A DNA stretch of 45,223 bases from assembly GCA_041552135.1 (NCBI GenBank), contig JBFELL010000003.1, forward strand, positions 1 through 45,223, read 5' to 3'. Below the pieces are notes generated by a model. The model was not told the origin of the DNA and searched no databases. It saw only the letters and a program-made list of their open reading frames with translations. Shown in pieces: positions 17,796 through 28,289 of this stretch. The position numbers and the translations under genes are program-made. Each line of letters opens with the position of its first letter. Positions within the stretch are counted from its first letter, which is position 1. The stretch comes from Gammaproteobacteria bacterium. Lineage in GTDB: Bacteria > Pseudomonadota > Gammaproteobacteria > UBA9214.

Positions 17796-17823
17796 GGGCG
17801 CCCGGCCTTGCAACCGGGCGCCC
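17796..17823 (-). terminator. GC-rich hairpin downstream of the 785-aa SoxB-like gene
   Basis: GGGCGCCCGG-N8-CCGGGCGCCC, a perfect 10-bp stem; weak U-tract (GTATTT) on minus. Confidence 0.5.
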
Positions 17824-17875
17824 TTTGCCATACACACGTGCAGTTGTTGATGAACTCGATCCGCAAGCCCGGCCA

Positions 17876-20233
17876 TCAATCCCCTATGTAGGTGATCTGA
17901 CCGCTGCTGATCTCGATGATGCCGTTGTCCACGCACTCCTGCAGACGCCGGCCCTTGAGATAGGGGATCAGGTTCAGGTTGGCACCGAAGATGGACTGGA
18001 TCATGGGGAAGCCGATATCCACAATCGGGAAATCCTCATCGAGTATCTGGCTGTTCCTGGTGTTCTTTACCGCCGCCATATTCGGCTGGTGGCACAGCAG
18101 ATCCACGCGCGACACCGGTTCCTGCAGCATGAACGGCTGGGCCGAGTAGTTGTCCAGCAGGTAGCGTGCCACCAGGTCGACCACCGGCAGGGAATTGATT
18201 GCCGGGTTCGAGCCGTTGGTTGAGAACGGCACCGCCACCAGGTCCAGCGGGTTGTTGGTCGTATCGAGCGTCGAGTAGGTTTCATTGTCGAACACGATGC
18301 GCCAGACATTGCCCAGACCCGCCTGGTTCATCTTGAACGGCTTGTTGACGAACACGTACTCGTTGGCACCGGAATCCGTGCCGAAGACCACGTCGTTGAA
18401 GCCATAGCCGACAATGATGTACTTGCCCTCGGGATCCACCGGTTCGTAGTTACCCGCGTGGTTTTCGATCAGGACCTTGTCGTTGGGTATGCGATGGTCC
18501 TTGGCGGCATAGGGATTGAGGCTGTACTTCATGCCGGCATAGGTCTGCAGCCAGCCGCCGCCCCACTCCCGGACGTTGGTGCTGAGCGACAGGTGGGCCG
18601 CATGCTCCAGACCGTTGGCGGTCGGCGCCTGGTTGTTGGCTGCACCGCGTCCCAGCAGCACCTCGCCGGTGACCACGCCAACGGTGGCAAAGGGACCTAT
18701 TGGTGCGACATGGTAGAGCGTTTCCAGGGTGATGGGTTCCCCGGCCCGAACAGAGGTCGCGTAGCGGAAACCGCGGATCAGGCCCATGATTGGCAATGGG
18801 GCTTCACACGCACCCGCGGCATCATGCGAGGCGCATAGATCAGCGTACTCACCACCCTCGTCGAGTCCGCCATTGGCTAACTTGTCATCGATGAGTTGGA
18901 TACCGGTGGCACGCAGGGCGTCCGTGAACATCGAATGCAGCGTGCCCTCGTAGATGGCCGCGGTAAATTCATGCGTGAAGTTGTTGCGGTTCAGATCCAT
19001 GCCCGCAATGGCCAGCGGCTCCTCCGAACCGAAGTGTATCGTCGGGTCGTCGATGTCCTTGGGAATCATCCTGCCGTGCACGAAGTGCCTGGCATCGGAT
19101 GTGCCGTTCATGAAGGGTTCTCTCACTTCCTCGACCATTTCTGCGATGAGCGGGTCCTCCTTAACCTTTTCCTCGACGCGGTGTTGCTTGAAATTGATCT
19201 TTGTCAGCTTTTTGTTCTTGAAGGTCAGGTTGATTTCACCCAGGTGCGAGCCATCCTGTCCCTCGGAGACCATGGCGGTACCGTTCTTCGTGTAGATGAT
19301 CTTCGGTGTACGCTCGTGCATGTCCGCCGACAGCACCAGATCCACACCACCGGGACCAAGCTCCCCGTCGACCAGGTCGATCAGGCGGCGGTTGTTGGCA
19401 TGGTTCAGCTCCGAGATCATCACCACCATGTCGACCTCGCCGGCCTTTCGCTTCTGGTTCATTATCCCGACCAGCTCGACGATCTCCTCGTCACCCTTGG
19501 TGAAACAGATGCCTTCCACGACCGGGTTGCCGATGACCCTGGGTCCGCGCTCCGTGGTGAAAGCGATGACGCCGATGTTGATACCCGTGCGGGGATCGGT
19601 GACGATATCGTATGGTTTGAACAGCCGAACCCTGTCTTCGACCGCTGGGCAGTTGGCCGAGTTGCGGTCGTTGTCGATGTACGCGTTCGAGGCCATTGTC
19701 ATCCAGTTCGCGAGCGGGGTCTCGACAAAATTGCACTTGTTGGGATGGAACGGCGGATCAGTCCCGTCGCTGGTGTCCTTGATGCGGGGGTTGGTATCCA
19801 GTATGCCTCGCGCCTCATCGGTGAAACCCCACAGTTCGTTTGCGCGGCAGGTACCGTAGGTAAACTCCCAGTTGCCCGGCGCAAACCGGTCGATATCGAA
19901 TTCGTTCAGGATCCCGACGATGCCGTCACCACGGGTAAAGGTGACCTCCAGCCCGCCATGGGAGGTATCGCCCGTGAGAAAGGTGAAATGCGTACGGCCC
20001 TTGTTATCTGCGTTTTTGCGGATTTTCTTGACCAGTGTGTACATCCTGGCCAGGCCGCCTTCCAGGTCCTTGTTGGTGTTGTCACTTCGGACATTCGTCG
20101 TGGGTTCGATTTGTCCGTGGGTATCGCCGATATGGATCAGGGTGATCTTCTGCTTGATCCCTGCGTGTGCGTTGAATGCGCAACTCATTGCCATGGTTGC
20201 AATTGCTGTTGTGATTTTCTGGTGTATTTTCAT
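17876..20233 (-). CDS. Secreted SoxB-like/5'-nucleotidase-family metallohydrolase (785 aa)
   Basis: Sec signal (AHA); IGDTHG, GGLAR, GDTSHG, PGNWEFTYG, ISELN, SADMHE, RGFRY and WGGGW. Confidence 0.8.
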   Translation of the reverse strand: MKIHQKITTAIATMAMSCAFNAHAGIKQKITLIHIGDTHGQIEPTTNVRSDNTNKDLEGGLARMYTLVKKIRKNADNKGRTHFTFLTGDTSHGGLEVTFTRGDGIVGILNEFDIDRFAPGNWEFTYGTCRANELWGFTDEARGILDTNPRIKDTSDGTDPPFHPNKCNFVETPLANWMTMASNAYIDNDRNSANCPAVEDRVRLFKPYDIVTDPRTGINIGVIAFTTERGPRVIGNPVVEGICFTKGDEEIVELVGIMNQKRKAGEVDMVVMISELNHANNRRLIDLVDGELGPGGVDLVLSADMHERTPKIIYTKNGTAMVSEGQDGSHLGEINLTFKNKKLTKINFKQHRVEEKVKEDPLIAEMVEEVREPFMNGTSDARHFVHGRMIPKDIDDPTIHFGSEEPLAIAGMDLNRNNFTHEFTAAIYEGTLHSMFTDALRATGIQLIDDKLANGGLDEGGEYADLCASHDAAGACEAPLPIMGLIRGFRYATSVRAGEPITLETLYHVAPIGPFATVGVVTGEVLLGRGAANNQAPTANGLEHAAHLSLSTNVREWGGGWLQTYAGMKYSLNPYAAKDHRIPNDKVLIENHAGNYEPVDPEGKYIIVGYGFNDVVFGTDSGANEYVFVNKPFKMNQAGLGNVWRIVFDNETYSTLDTTNNPLDLVAVPFSTNGSNPAINSLPVVDLVARYLLDNYSAQPFMLQEPVSRVDLLCHQPNMAAVKNTRNSQILDEDFPIVDIGFPMIQSIFGANLNLIPYLKGRRLQECVDNGIIEISSGQITYIGD

Positions 20234-20358
20234 GTTGTACTCCTCACATCAAATTTCGGGCCGCCCCTGCTTCTGCTGTTTTTAGACATCATCAGACCCG
20301 TTAGTGTTTTTATGGCAAGCACACGGTGCATTGCCCCTTCCTTTACTACTTGGTTCTT

Positions 20359-20559
20359 CTAGCGTTTGTACAAAAAACCACTGGTTAGTGATCGATCAGT
20401 ATTCAGTGTGACCTCCTGTAATTCATTCTCGATATTACCCAGGCGTCGATCGGGTTGCCTGCGTCGATCCTCTAGGATCATTTTTTTATCTGAATCTCTC
20501 AACGGGAAACTCGCTTTATTGCAGTTACGACGACGGTCCTTCCTGCTTCGCATGATCAT
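20359..20559 (-). CDS. 66-aa Arg-rich microprotein with three DRR motifs
   Basis: KDRRR..FPLRDSD...EDRRRQPDRR; GGGAG RBS upstream; co-oriented with neighbours. Confidence 0.65.
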   Translation of the reverse strand: MIMRSRKDRRRNCNKASFPLRDSDKKMILEDRRRQPDRRLGNIENELQEVTLNTDRSLTSGFLYKR

Positions 20560-20704
20560 CGTTTAATCAACTCCCAGCGCATTTGCCGTCACAGGGGCCT
20601 GATGACTGTTTTCGTGACCAGGTAGCAGCCCGCTGGATACTTTATCGCTCAGCGGACTGCTACCGGCTTTTCCTGGCGTCTTTTCTGCCCTGGATGTTGT
20701 TTCC

Positions 20705-22879
20705 CTATTCCACGAACTCCCGCTTCAGCCACTGGGCACCCGCGCCCTGTGTCGGTTGCACGATACCGGGACCGCCTTCCGCGGATTCCGGCACCGGATC
20801 GATTGCATTTACGCGACCAAGCCCGTCGTCAGTTTCGTTGACCACGTGCCCGACCAGGTCCGGGTCAAGGTAACGACGCAGCGCATCTACCGGGTGCACA
20901 AAATCATTCGGGGCAACCTTCCGGAAGATCGGCGTGCGCGATGGATCAAACACTGGTAGCTGCGCATCGGTTACCACAGGATTTACCACATTAAAGCCAC
21001 CACTCATATCGAGCTGGCAATTACTGATACCGCCGGCAAAGGTGACCGGGTTCGGGCAGTCTTCCTGGCTTGCCGTTATGAATCGCAGATTGGTCGCGCC
21101 GGTAGTGCGGCAGACCTCATCAGTCGGATTGCCGTGAGGATAGCAGGAGGCCAGCGTGTAGATCTTGCTGTCATCAACCCGCTGATCATCAATGCTCACC
21201 CTGGCTATGCGCTTGGCTCCATAGCTGATACTGCGCGGGAAGTCATCACTCAGGCGAATATCAAAATGCATATTATTGGTATAGCCAAGGAACCAGCCGC
21301 CGCGCTGGCGGTATGGATTCGGATCGAACACATTGTCCAGGATACCCTCCCAGTGTGCCTTTATCCGTCCACCGGTGTATTCGGCCAGGCCGGTCGCGGC
21401 GCCGATCGGATAGTAGTCGTACAGATCGCCGACGGTGATGTCGCCGTTGGCATAGGTATCGTCTGAAAGCAGCTCACCATCTCCGAATATGACAACATCG
21501 AAGCGGAATCCATTAGTGGTAGATAACGTGTTACCTGTAGTTAAGGGATTACCCTTGGAGTCATACTCGCCCAGGATGAGCGCCAGATCCAGGAAGGCAT
21601 CAACCATAACATTGTTGGAGATATCCTCCAGCACGTCGAATCGCTGGATTGTCACATCGCTATGACCAATCACAGTATCCAGCGGATCGCACAACGTGTG
21701 GCCTGTACCGAACGGAAATGCGTTGACACCAAAGGTGTGACACTGTTGGTCATCCCCCGAGAGAAAGGTAGACTGCGCCTCTTCCACCATCTCGGCCACA
21801 GCGGTATCTTCCTCAACATCCGAGTCAGCCTCGATAAGGTTCCACTCGTAATCCAGTATCTGGCCCTTGTTGATGGTGAGATCAAGCCGCCCCAGGAAGC
21901 TGTCCTCGCCAGCTTCGGTGACAAGGCTAAGCTTTCCGTCATTATGGTAGATTTCGATCGCCTCGGGTGTGCGTTCATGCGTATGACCGCTGAACATCAC
22001 ACGGATATCCGGAAACTCCTTAACCAGCTGCACGTTCTTGGACAGGCCCAGCTCGGATAGCACGACGATGATTTCAGCACCATCGGCTTCGGCATCCGCG
22101 ATTGCCTGCGGCAGCTCCTTGTAACCCATGGTGAAACGAAAGCCTGTGTTGAAGGCCTGCGCCTGCTGCGGGACCACGTCAGTCGTGATACCGATGATAC
22201 CGACATTCACACCGCCCGCCCGCTTGATGATATAGCGCGGGTGTACATGCGGACCCAGCGGCTGTGCCGGGTTATTGAGACCTGCGACCTCATTGAAGTT
22301 GTACACATTGATGGCCACAGTCGGGAAAGTCGCCTTGGTCACGTGACAATCTTCGTAAGGCTTCAGACCACCGGGCTGGTTACAGTTATTACCCAGCTGG
22401 TCGTCCATCCACGCGATGGTGGTGCGATTGTTTGGAGCAAGCTCAATTGATGTGTTTGGTGTAAATCGCTGCCGGTAGACACGCGGGCCGTAGCCGAAGT
22501 CCCAGTTGCCTGGAGTGAAAGCATCAATACCGATGGAATTGAGCCAGGGCATCATGAGATCACCCAGTGAGAACAGCATCTCAGCGCTGCCATGCGTGGT
22601 ATCACCCAGTGCCAGCAGCAGGCTGTCGTCCGTGTCCTCGCGCACGTCGTTGATCAGTGTGGTGAGTTTGGCGAGTCCACCAGCATGTGGATCCTTGCGG
22701 CCATCAGGGAATATCTCGGCATGCGGATGAATATGGCCATGGATATCGGATAACTGCATCAGCGTCAGGGCCCTTGGTTCTTTTGGTCCCCCTTTCGCGA
22801 TTGCAACCGGACTTGCTGCAGATGCCAGCAGCGCAAATACTGCCACGCAGGCAGACATCGTTCTAACGGGTGGTTTCAT
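20705..22879 (-). CDS. Secreted SoxB-like/5'-nucleotidase-family metallohydrolase (724 aa)
   Basis: Sec signal; LSDIHGH, GGLAK, GDTTHGS, PGNWDFGYG, LSELG, SGHTHE, NGFRF; SoxB-like DNVFDPNPYRQRGG. Confidence 0.85.
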   Translation of the reverse strand: MKPPVRTMSACVAVFALLASAASPVAIAKGGPKEPRALTLMQLSDIHGHIHPHAEIFPDGRKDPHAGGLAKLTTLINDVREDTDDSLLLALGDTTHGSAEMLFSLGDLMMPWLNSIGIDAFTPGNWDFGYGPRVYRQRFTPNTSIELAPNNRTTIAWMDDQLGNNCNQPGGLKPYEDCHVTKATFPTVAINVYNFNEVAGLNNPAQPLGPHVHPRYIIKRAGGVNVGIIGITTDVVPQQAQAFNTGFRFTMGYKELPQAIADAEADGAEIIVVLSELGLSKNVQLVKEFPDIRVMFSGHTHERTPEAIEIYHNDGKLSLVTEAGEDSFLGRLDLTINKGQILDYEWNLIEADSDVEEDTAVAEMVEEAQSTFLSGDDQQCHTFGVNAFPFGTGHTLCDPLDTVIGHSDVTIQRFDVLEDISNNVMVDAFLDLALILGEYDSKGNPLTTGNTLSTTNGFRFDVVIFGDGELLSDDTYANGDITVGDLYDYYPIGAATGLAEYTGGRIKAHWEGILDNVFDPNPYRQRGGWFLGYTNNMHFDIRLSDDFPRSISYGAKRIARVSIDDQRVDDSKIYTLASCYPHGNPTDEVCRTTGATNLRFITASQEDCPNPVTFAGGISNCQLDMSGGFNVVNPVVTDAQLPVFDPSRTPIFRKVAPNDFVHPVDALRRYLDPDLVGHVVNETDDGLGRVNAIDPVPESAEGGPGIVQPTQGAGAQWLKREFVE

Positions 22880-23038
22880 CTGGTGCTCCTCGGTATGTAG
22901 TTATGATGCCGCTGGGGCGGTCTTGTTCTTGCCATTTGTTTTTATAAGCGCAATTGTGTGGTTGAACGGCGCTGCGCCCCTGGCAGGCCTGTGTTATTGC
23001 TGCTTTATAATAATAAGCGTGCGGGTGCTCTACGGCGA

Positions 23039-23055
23039 ATAGGGAATTTCCCTAT
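23039..23055. promoter_or_regulatory. Perfect palindrome, candidate binding site of the adjacent NarL-type regulator
   Basis: ATAGGGAA-T-TTCCCTAT, 160 bp upstream of the SoxB-like start; AT-rich -10-like TATTAT/TATAAA on minus at about 23004-23015. Confidence 0.55.
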
Positions 23056-23174
23056 AAAACCTGAGCAGAAAGATGGATAAGTTAATTAGAACAACCTGAC
23101 ATGCTGATGTAGCGGGCACCGACGCGGTAATTGGCCCTGCACGCGTCAGATTTCAGGTAAACAGCCTGGAGCGG

Positions 23175-23813
23175 TTATGGATTGATGATACCCAGCCTGA
23201 TGGCCAGGCGCGTCAGGCCAGCGATATTGCCGATACCGAGCTTGCTCTTGATATGGGTCATGTGGTGTCCGACGGTCTTCGGGCTGAGGCTGAGGAGTTT
23301 CGCTATCTCGTTGACGGACTGGCTGTCCGCAAGCAGCCTGAATACCTCGAATTCACGCATCGACAGCCCGGCGACGAGCTCGCTGTCGGGCGAGAGCTTG
23401 CGCTTGACCAGGAAGGGCATCATCTCCTGTCCCACGTACATTTCACCCGCTGCCACCTTGCGTATTGCGTCGACCATTACCTGCGAGGCGCTGCGCTTGG
23501 AGATGTAACCCAGCACGCCGAGATCGATTGCCCGATTCAGCATGACCTCGTTCTCGTGCACGCTGAAGACCAGTATCTTCGCGGCACTGTCATGCGCCAG
23601 GATCCGCCGGCTGGCTTCCAGACCCCCCATCCCGGGCATGGTCAGGTCCATGACCACGACATCAGGCTGTACATCGCAGTACCGGCTATAGGCTTCCTCG
23701 CCATTCTCGACTTCCGCGATGACTTCCAGGTTGGGGGTACTTTCCAGCAGCCGTCGATAGCCGGCGCGCACCACCTCATGATCATCAGCAAGCAGGATTC
23801 TGGTCAGTCCCAT
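23175..23813 (-). CDS. NarL/LuxR family response regulator
   Basis: ILLADDHEVVRAG, VVVMDLTMPG and HTH LSMREFEVFRLLA...LSLSPKTV. Confidence 0.93.
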   Translation of the reverse strand: MGLTRILLADDHEVVRAGYRRLLESTPNLEVIAEVENGEEAYSRYCDVQPDVVVMDLTMPGMGGLEASRRILAHDSAAKILVFSVHENEVMLNRAIDLGVLGYISKRSASQVMVDAIRKVAAGEMYVGQEMMPFLVKRKLSPDSELVAGLSMREFEVFRLLADSQSVNEIAKLLSLSPKTVGHHMTHIKSKLGIGNIAGLTRLAIRLGIINP

Positions 23814-23822
23814 AACCTAACA

Positions 23823-25652
23823 TCATGCAGCAGATTCGGCCGGCGTCAAGGGCAATTCCACCGATATGGTTGTTCCCCCGTCAGGATCCGAGACCACCGA
23901 GAAACGGCCACTGAAGCCCTCGACCCGCTCGCGCATACCGATCAGCCCCAGCCCGGGGCCGCGCACGTCGGCATCGATGCCCACCCCGTCATCCGTTATT
24001 TCAAGCCGCGCAGCCTGTGTGTGGAGCTGTCCTGCAGGCCCATCGCCGGAAGCCTCATCTACCATGCTCAGCCTGATGGCAACGTGATTTGCCTGCGCAT
24101 GCTTGGCGATATTGGTGAGACATTCCTGCACAATGCGATACAGCGTGATGTTGGTATCCTCGCCGAGGCCGGACAGGTCATCGTCAATCACCAATTCATA
24201 GTCCATACCCGGTTGCCTCGCCCGCCACGCATCGACTTCCTCGTTCAGGGTATCAATGAGACCAAGGTCATCCAGCATGCCGGGGCGCAGGCGCTGCATC
24301 ATGGAATGCACCACCTCGTAGATTCGCGTTGCCACCTCCTGGATTGCCGCAACGCTGGTTGCCACGTGCGTATCACCTCGTGGTGCCCGCTCGCTGATGA
24401 TTTTTGCGTCTGCCTGTATCGCCGTGATGCACTGCCCGAGTTCATCGTGCAGCTCTCGTGCCAGGTGCCGGCGTTCGCCCTCCTGCACCGCGAGGGATTT
24501 ACGGATCAGGAAGCGATTCTCGCCCAGAAGCTTGCGACTTTCTTCCTCGGCGCGCTTGCGCTCAGTGACCTCCCTGGTGAGTTCGGCGGTCCGCCTGACA
24601 ACCTGGCGTTTGACCATGACGTTGAAGGACAGGCTGAACAGAATGAAAAACAGTATCACCGCAAACCAGTACCAGTAGCGCTGCATGACATCCATGAGCG
24701 TGAAGCCGCCGGACCTTGCATACGGTCCGATACCCAGTTCCATGAACAGTTCGTGCACCGGCTGGTAATTGAGCGGCACCGTCCAGCCGGCATAATCGCC
24801 GGCCCGGGCTGCCGGATGTGCTTCGGGCATCTGCAGCAGGGCCACTGCCACGTTGCTGGCCAGCATATCGGGCGTGGGACGCGCCTTGGCAAAGGCCCAC
24901 TCCGGATAGAGCCGGGTACTGTGAAGGAAGGGGAAATCGTCGTCCGTCTGCGGGTTGAGAATACGGAGATCCGACAGATCGATACGCCCCCTTGCCGCCA
25001 GGCCCTCGAGTATGTCGGTGCGCACCGTGCCGGCATCGACCCGGCCATCACGCACATCGAAGACAATGTTGTCCTGCGGGAAACCGGAAAACCGAAGTTC
25101 GCGCAGGTCGGCAAACGGATCGATGCCCGCGTCCTTCAGCTCGCGCCAGGCCATCTGGAAGCCACCGAAGGCGCCCTCGTCCACTGCTGCGAATGTCTTC
25201 CCGCGAAGGTCCTCCAGTGTCTGGATATCATCACGACCGGCCTGGGTAAAGATCACGGCACCGAATGTCTTCGATGGTTCGCCTTGTCGGATATTTTTCA
25301 ACGTGGCGATGCGGGTAATACCGTGAGCGGCTTCCAGCTCGACATAGTGCCCCGGATTGGTGAGGATGAAATCGAGCTCACCTCGCGCCAGTGCGACAGG
25401 CATCTCCTGGAGATCGAGGGGCACAAGCCGGAACTCGCGCCCGGGAACCCGGTCCGCCAGGTACTCGACCGTCGGGGTCCACATGGCGATGGCCTTGTCG
25501 GTTCCCCGATGGGCCAGCACCCCGACCGTGACCTGTTCGGCGACAGCCACGCTCGACACCAGCAAGCATGCCAGTCCGGCTCCAGTACGCCATCCAGACC
25601 GCACAAGCGTTATTCCAGCACGTATCCGCCAGCTGATAAGCATCCCGGTCAC
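23823..25652 (-). CDS. Sensor histidine kinase with a PhnD/TtrS-like periplasmic binding domain and a HisKA_3 core
   Basis: VGVLAHRG, ILTNPGHY, AFGGFQ, GFPQD, GTVRTDILE, STRLYPEW, WTVPLNYQPVHELF; TM helix; ERRHLARELHDELGQ; QECLTNIAKHA, DDGVG and GLGLIGMRER. Confidence 0.9.
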   Translation of the reverse strand: MTGMLISWRIRAGITLVRSGWRTGAGLACLLVSSVAVAEQVTVGVLAHRGTDKAIAMWTPTVEYLADRVPGREFRLVPLDLQEMPVALARGELDFILTNPGHYVELEAAHGITRIATLKNIRQGEPSKTFGAVIFTQAGRDDIQTLEDLRGKTFAAVDEGAFGGFQMAWRELKDAGIDPFADLRELRFSGFPQDNIVFDVRDGRVDAGTVRTDILEGLAARGRIDLSDLRILNPQTDDDFPFLHSTRLYPEWAFAKARPTPDMLASNVAVALLQMPEAHPAARAGDYAGWTVPLNYQPVHELFMELGIGPYARSGGFTLMDVMQRYWYWFAVILFFILFSLSFNVMVKRQVVRRTAELTREVTERKRAEEESRKLLGENRFLIRKSLAVQEGERRHLARELHDELGQCITAIQADAKIISERAPRGDTHVATSVAAIQEVATRIYEVVHSMMQRLRPGMLDDLGLIDTLNEEVDAWRARQPGMDYELVIDDDLSGLGEDTNITLYRIVQECLTNIAKHAQANHVAIRLSMVDEASGDGPAGQLHTQAARLEITDDGVGIDADVRGPGLGLIGMRERVEGFSGRFSVVSDPDGGTTISVELPLTPAESAA

Positions 25653-25661
25653 ATCACCGCA

Positions 25662-27340
<1,679 letters not shown>

Positions 27341-27348
<8 letters not shown>

Positions 27349-28222
27349 TATGCCCGCCCGGCATTTCATCCGACATCCATCCCGTACCTTCCTCCGTCAG
27401 CCCGGCGAGTGCGTCTTGCAGTTGCCTCGTGACGGGCCCGACCGAATAATCCCTGGCATCGATTCGCCGCACGGGCCAGATACCGATGAGACTGTTGGCG
27501 AGAAACACCTCGTCGGCCTGCGCCAGATCATCCGGCGATACAGCCATGGCCTGCACCGGCAGGTCCAGCGCCCGGGCCTGCTCCATCACAACGCTGCGCA
27601 TGATGCCGGCGACCCCGCAACGGGACAGTTCAGGGGTGACCAGTCTGTCATGCAATATCATGAAAACATTGCTCATGGTGCCTTCCACCAGCCGGCCATC
27701 GACATCGAGCACCAGCCCCTCAGGGATACCGGGATCATCCCACTCGCTGCGCGCCAGCACCTGCTCCAGCCGGTTCAGATGCTTGATGCCCGCCAGCCGG
27801 GGATTATGCGACAGACGCGACTCGCAAAGCCGTACCCTGACACCCTCACGCTGGCATGCATCCGGGTATTCCGGCGCGGCGTGCCGCTGGAGTATGCGGG
27901 TCGGTTGCCCGCAGCCGGCCGGCCCATAGCCACGCCCGCCGGCACCACGGGTAATGATGACCTTGAGTATGCAGCGCCCTTCCCCGGCAAGCAGCACCCC
28001 GGCTTCCTCGTATAGCGCATCGGTGTCGACACCGGTGATGGCAAGGCGCCGGCAGCCCGCCTGCAGACGGGTCATGTGACGCTGCCAGAACCGTGGCACG
28101 CCCTGCTCCACGGCAAGGGTTTCAAACACGCCGTCACCGTATAGCAGGCCGCGGTCCGCGCTGGAGATGCAGTCAACGGCCTCGCCGTTGATCATCACCG
28201 CCTGTCTGTCTGCTGATGTCAT
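27341..28222 (-). CDS. pabC: Aminodeoxychorismate lyase
   Basis: DRGLLYGDGVFET, LAGIKHLNRLEQVL and VEGTMSNVF; position next to mltG. Confidence 0.93.
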
Positions 28223-28289
28223 CGTCTATACAATGGTAGTCGGTACACGCAAGTCAACGCACCCGGCCGTATTGCTGACCGCCGTTATT

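Noticed and set aside
17876-22879. Assigning the symbol soxB or ushA
   Set aside because: Metal-site motifs differ from both and no sox partner genes are in the window
15720-25661. Active mobile element or prophage
   Set aside because: No integrase, transposase, tRNA or flanking direct repeats were seen; treated as a fixed accessory insertion
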